Shown: piece by piece, positions 63,049-64,000 of the stretch
Layout of the letters: every line of letters begins with the position of its first letter
Position numbering within the stretch: the stretch's first letter is position 1
Assembly (NCBI GenBank): GCA_963784525.1
Contig: CAWART010000015.1
Span: forward strand, 1,672 to 65,671
DNA from: Candidatus Aminicenantes bacterium
GTDB taxonomy: Bacteria > Acidobacteriota > Aminicenantia > Aminicenantales > Saccharicenantaceae
Length of the DNA stretch: 64,000 bases
Reading direction: 5' to 3'
Notes under the pieces: model-generated
Told to the model about the DNA's origin: nothing
The model's input: only the letters and a program-made list of their open reading frames with translations
The model's database searches: none
Translations under genes and position numbers: made by a program

Positions 63049-64000
63049 GAGCCCTCCTTGTCCAGCCTGGATTCGATGGTCCTGTCAGCGTCGACGCGCC
63101 TGACCTCGCAGGCCAGCTCGCCGCGGGCGAAGGACACGACGACCCCCTCGCCGGGTCCCACTTCGCCGGCCGCCCTGATGAGCCGGAAACCCTCTTCCTT
63201 CCAACAGAGCGTGTAGCCCTTTCCCAATATGTTGAGGGGGCTGTGGGCGTGCAATCCGACCGACAGGCTGTCCCAGCGGGCGCCGAGTTCCCGGAGCCGC
63301 GCGGTCACGAGGTTCCGGAGCCGCTCGGCGGCAAGGGCCGCGGCGGCCCGCCGCTCGGCCAGGTCCTGTTTTCCGGTCCGGAGGACCTTCGCCGCCCGGC
63401 CTTCGAGATCGTCCACGCGCTGGCCGATATTGAGGAGGCGGATCCGGAATCCCTCGAAGACGCGGCGTCCGGCCAGGTCCGCGACCCGGCCCTCGGTCTC
63501 CCGGAGGGAATATTTCACGGCCCGGGCCGCCCGCTCGGCGAGGGCCGCGATGCGTTCGGCGAAGGCCGCTTCCTTCTCGATGACCATCTCGGCCGCGGCC
63601 GAGGGGGTCGAGGCGCGGATGTCCGCCACGAAATCGGCGATGGTGAAGTCCACCTCGTGGCCGACGGCCGCGATGATGGGCACGGGGCACCGGGCGATGG
63701 CCCGGGCGACCTTCTCCTCGTTGAAGGCCCAGAGGTCCTCGATGGAGCCGCCGCCCCGGCCGACGATCATGACGTCGATGCCGCCCATCGAACCGAGGTG
63801 GTCGATGCCCTCGACGATCTCCCCGGCCGCCCCTTCGCCCTGGACCTTCACGGGGTAGATGACGATGCGGAGCCGGGCGTAGCGGCGCTCGAGGATGCGG
63901 AGGATGTCGGCGATGGCCGCACCGCGGGGGGACGTGACGACCCCGATCGTCCGGGGCCTGAGCGGCAGGGGCTTCTTGCGGGCCGCGTCGAACAGGCCCT
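63045..64000 (-). CDS. xseA: Exodeoxyribonuclease VII large subunit (5' part outside the window)
   Basis: GRGGGSIEDLWAFNEE, AVGHEVDFTIADFVADIRASTPSAAAE and SPLNILGKGY. Confidence 0.96.
   Translation of the reverse strand, partial: GLFDAARKKPLPLRPRTIGVVTSPRGAAIADILRILERRYARLRIVIYPVKVQGEGAAGEIVEGIDHLGSMGGIDVMIVGRGGGSIEDLWAFNEEKVARAIARCPVPIIAAVGHEVDFTIADFVADIRASTPSAAAEMVIEKEAAFAERIAALAERAARAVKYSLRETEGRVADLAGRRVFEGFRIRLLNIGQRVDDLEGRAAKVLRTGKQDLAERRAAAALAAERLRNLVTARLRELGARWDSLSVGLHAHSPLNILGKGYTLCWKEEGFRLIRAAGEVGPGEGVVVSFARGELACEVRRVDADRTIESRLDKEGS

Overview
High-GC bacterial chromosomal window. The gene content (LPS/LptD/LpxD, Oar-type TonB receptor, sulfatase-TPR protein, split atp operon) is compatible with an Acidobacteriota/Aminicenantes-like diderm, which is an inference. 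Many genes carry single-base frameshifts typical of unpolished long reads. Layout: carB 3' part (1-2.7 kb); LPS core/modification genes, purF, two Rmd/Gmd-like SDRs, rmlABC and lptD (2.8-21.4 kb); a ~20 kb Wzx/Wzy polysaccharide cluster (wzz, RAYT-like gene, nucleotide-sugar enzymes, GTs, pglCDEF, ligase-like gene; 21.8-42.1 kb); a membrane protein plus papain-like protease pair, GT2, YbhN-like gene and rmlD (42.3-47.1 kb); atpZIBE, yihY and lpxD; sulfatase-like/TPR gene and TonB receptor; xseA-xseB-ispA-dxs-tlyA-nadK and glgA-trxA. Most notable observations: (i) an intact REP-associated tyrosine transposase homolog whose catalytic Tyr appears replaced by Phe, translationally coupled to the polysaccharide operon, with REP remnants and an ops-like motif in its promoter region; (ii) a 321-bp palindromic, TIR-bounded 39-bp-unit element inserted in frame in a glycosyltransferase; (iii) a dispersed ~28-bp repeat family at gene junctions; (iv) a ~170-nt rod-like RNA candidate upstream of wzz; (v) several enzymes with swapped catalytic residues (DegT Lys->Arg, GH-A-like NE->NR, GlgA).
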